Assembly: GCF_001642725.1 (NCBI RefSeq)
Contig: NZ_LSUQ01000028.1
Coordinates: 1-34,431, forward strand
Direction: 5' to 3'
DNA from: Ferroacidibacillus organovorans
GTDB lineage: Bacteria > Bacillota > Bacilli > Alicyclobacillales > SLC66
Length of the DNA: 34,431 nucleotides
In this document: positions 33,051 to 34,431 of the stretch, piece by piece
Numbering within the stretch: the first letter of the stretch is position 1
Layout: every line of letters starts with the position of its first letter
The notes under the pieces: generated by a model
Databases searched by the model: none
Told to the model about the DNA's origin: nothing
Seen by the model: the letters and a program-made list of their open reading frames with translations, nothing else
Program-made: the position numbers and the translations under genes

Positions 33051-34431
33051 ATGACGAGCATACAGATTAAACTAAACATTGAGGGCATGACGTGCACAGA
33101 CTGTGAGAAACATATTGTCAAAGCGCTGTCCGAACTGGGCGTCGCCCAAGCAAACGCCGACTTTCGGCGTAGCGAGGCAGTTTTTACGGCGCCTTCAGAC
33201 ATCAGTCTTGATCGGTTGTTTAAGGCAATTCGCGACGCTGGATACACACCGACAGGCGTTGAGTTGCGCGATGACCCTCACGTAGAGCCACCCAGCACAC
33301 AGGCGCGCGAGTACGACTATGATTTTTTGATCATCGGGACGGGCGCCGCCGCATTCTCGGCGGCGATTGAAGCTGCGAAGTTTGACGCACGCATCGCACT
33401 CGTCGAGCGTTCGGTCATCGGCGGAACATGCGTGAATGTCGGCTGCGTACCCTCAAAAGCGCTGCTGCGCGCGGGGGAAGTCTACCACCAAGCGGGGGGT
33501 CATCCGTTTGCGGGGATCTATACCTCTGCTCAGCGGGTGGATTGGCAGGCGCTTGTCGATCAAAAGGACGCGCTGGTGAAAGAACTCCGCAAACACAAAT
33601 ACGAAGATTTGATGGATGCTTACGGATTCACGCTGCTTCAGGGCGATGCAAAATTTATCGACGGTCACACCGTGATGGTGGAAGATCAGAGGATCACTTC
33701 GGCGAAATTCCTGATTGCGACAGGTGCGTCACCACAGATTCCAGAGATTGAAGGACTGTCTGATGTCTCTTATTTGACAAGCACGAGCGCACTCGAACTT
33801 TGCGCAGTTCCGGATCATCTCGTTGTAATCGGATCGGGGTTTATCGCGCTTGAGATGGGACAATTGTTTCGCAACGCCGGAGCGCGCGTCACCTTGATCA
33901 AGCGTGGTGATCGCCTGCTCCCATCCTATGAACCAGAAGTTTCTGAGGCGGTTGCACAGGTTTTGAAGCGGCAAGGCATTGACGTGATTTATGGGGCAAC
34001 CTGCGAGCGTGTCAGTGAGGAAGATGGAATCAAGTCTGTGTATCTCATCGCGCAGGGGGAGGAGGCGCGTGTCATTCGCGGCGATGCGCTCCTTGTCGCC
34101 GCGGGCCGCAAGCCGAACACGGCAGGGCTTGACCTCGAAAAAGCGAATGTGCGCGTCGGTGAAAAGGGTCAGGTTTTGGTGGTCGATGGCATGCGCACGA
34201 GCAATCCAGACGTCTATGCGGCGGGCGACGTGACACTCGGACCGCAGTTTGTGTATGTGGCGGCCCATCAAGGGGCGATTGCGGCGAGCAATGCGGTCGG
34301 AAAAGAAGGGCGGAAAGTCGATTTGCGGGCGGTTCCAAGTGTGATTTTCACACACCCGGCCATTGCCTCGGTAGGAATGACGGAAGAGGAAGCCAAAGCG
34401 CACGGACACGAGACGCGCGTCTCGATCCTTT
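33051..34431 (+). CDS. merA: Mercuric reductase, 3'-truncated by the window edge
   Basis: Translated by hand from ATG 33051 (absent from the ORF track): HMA 'GMTCTDCEKH', 'IIGTGAAAFSAA', 'GGTCVNVGCVPSK', 'YAAGDVTLGPQFVYVAA'. Confidence 0.93.
   Translation, partial: MTSIQIKLNIEGMTCTDCEKHIVKALSELGVAQANADFRRSEAVFTAPSDISLDRLFKAIRDAGYTPTGVELRDDPHVEPPSTQAREYDYDFLIIGTGAAAFSAAIEAAKFDARIALVERSVIGGTCVNVGCVPSKALLRAGEVYHQAGGHPFAGIYTSAQRVDWQALVDQKDALVKELRKHKYEDLMDAYGFTLLQGDAKFIDGHTVMVEDQRITSAKFLIATGASPQIPEIEGLSDVSYLTSTSALELCAVPDHLVVIGSGFIALEMGQLFRNAGARVTLIKRGDRLLPSYEPEVSEAVAQVLKRQGIDVIYGATCERVSEEDGIKSVYLIAQGEEARVIRGDALLVAAGRKPNTAGLDLEKANVRVGEKGQVLVVDGMRTSNPDVYAAGDVTLGPQFVYVAAHQGAIAASNAVGKEGRKVDLRAVPSVIFTHPAIASVGMTEEEAKAHGHETRVSIL

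Noticed and set aside
33103..34409. Short ORFs listed over the last 1.4 kb
   Set aside because: They overlap the merA frame starting at 33051, which the ORF track missed because it has no stop in the window.

Overview
Window from a spore-forming Bacillota (inferred: acidophilic Alicyclobacillaceae-like, from spoIIR, rusticyanin-like proteins and gene content). The first ~2.8 kb is the tail of a probable Tad/Flp-pilus locus (TadE-like fragment, Ig-like secreted protein, an unusual beta-hairpin-type repeat protein, A24 prepilin peptidase). Two fused IS remnants (IS5 and IS256, ~2.9-3.9 kb) mark the edge of a ~30 kb mosaic metal/thiol-redox resistance island. The island contains tauE, a two-domain multicopper oxidase with a two-component system (TCS), a His/Glu tandem-repeat peptide, a BlaI/M56-peptidase module with TlpA, Lgt-like, CcdA and DUF4396 genes, an M15B peptidase, a SCO-TlpA fusion with CcdA, csoR-copA-copZ, two rusticyanin-like cupredoxins, a stray spoIIR with a sigmaF-type promoter, a peroxiredoxin, CadC-like and CzrA-like repressors with CDF transporters, a second TCS, and an ArsR(CmtR-like)-linked mer operon ending in a merA cut off by the window edge. 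The strongest unannotated signal is one motif, YVCAHA-CWTTC-TTCACA, placed exactly 9 bp before a TAnnnT -10 hexamer in five promoters (20.3-27.3 kb). This suggests an autoregulated local regulon of the second TCS covering both rusticyanin-like genes, the peroxiredoxin, SHOCT and zinc-ribbon membrane peptides, and an uncharacterised membrane protein. A second pair of operators (CAC[T/G]AC-ATAGT-GTAGTG) links the His-rich peptide to the BlaI/M56 module. All family calls are by motif recognition only; no database searches were run.
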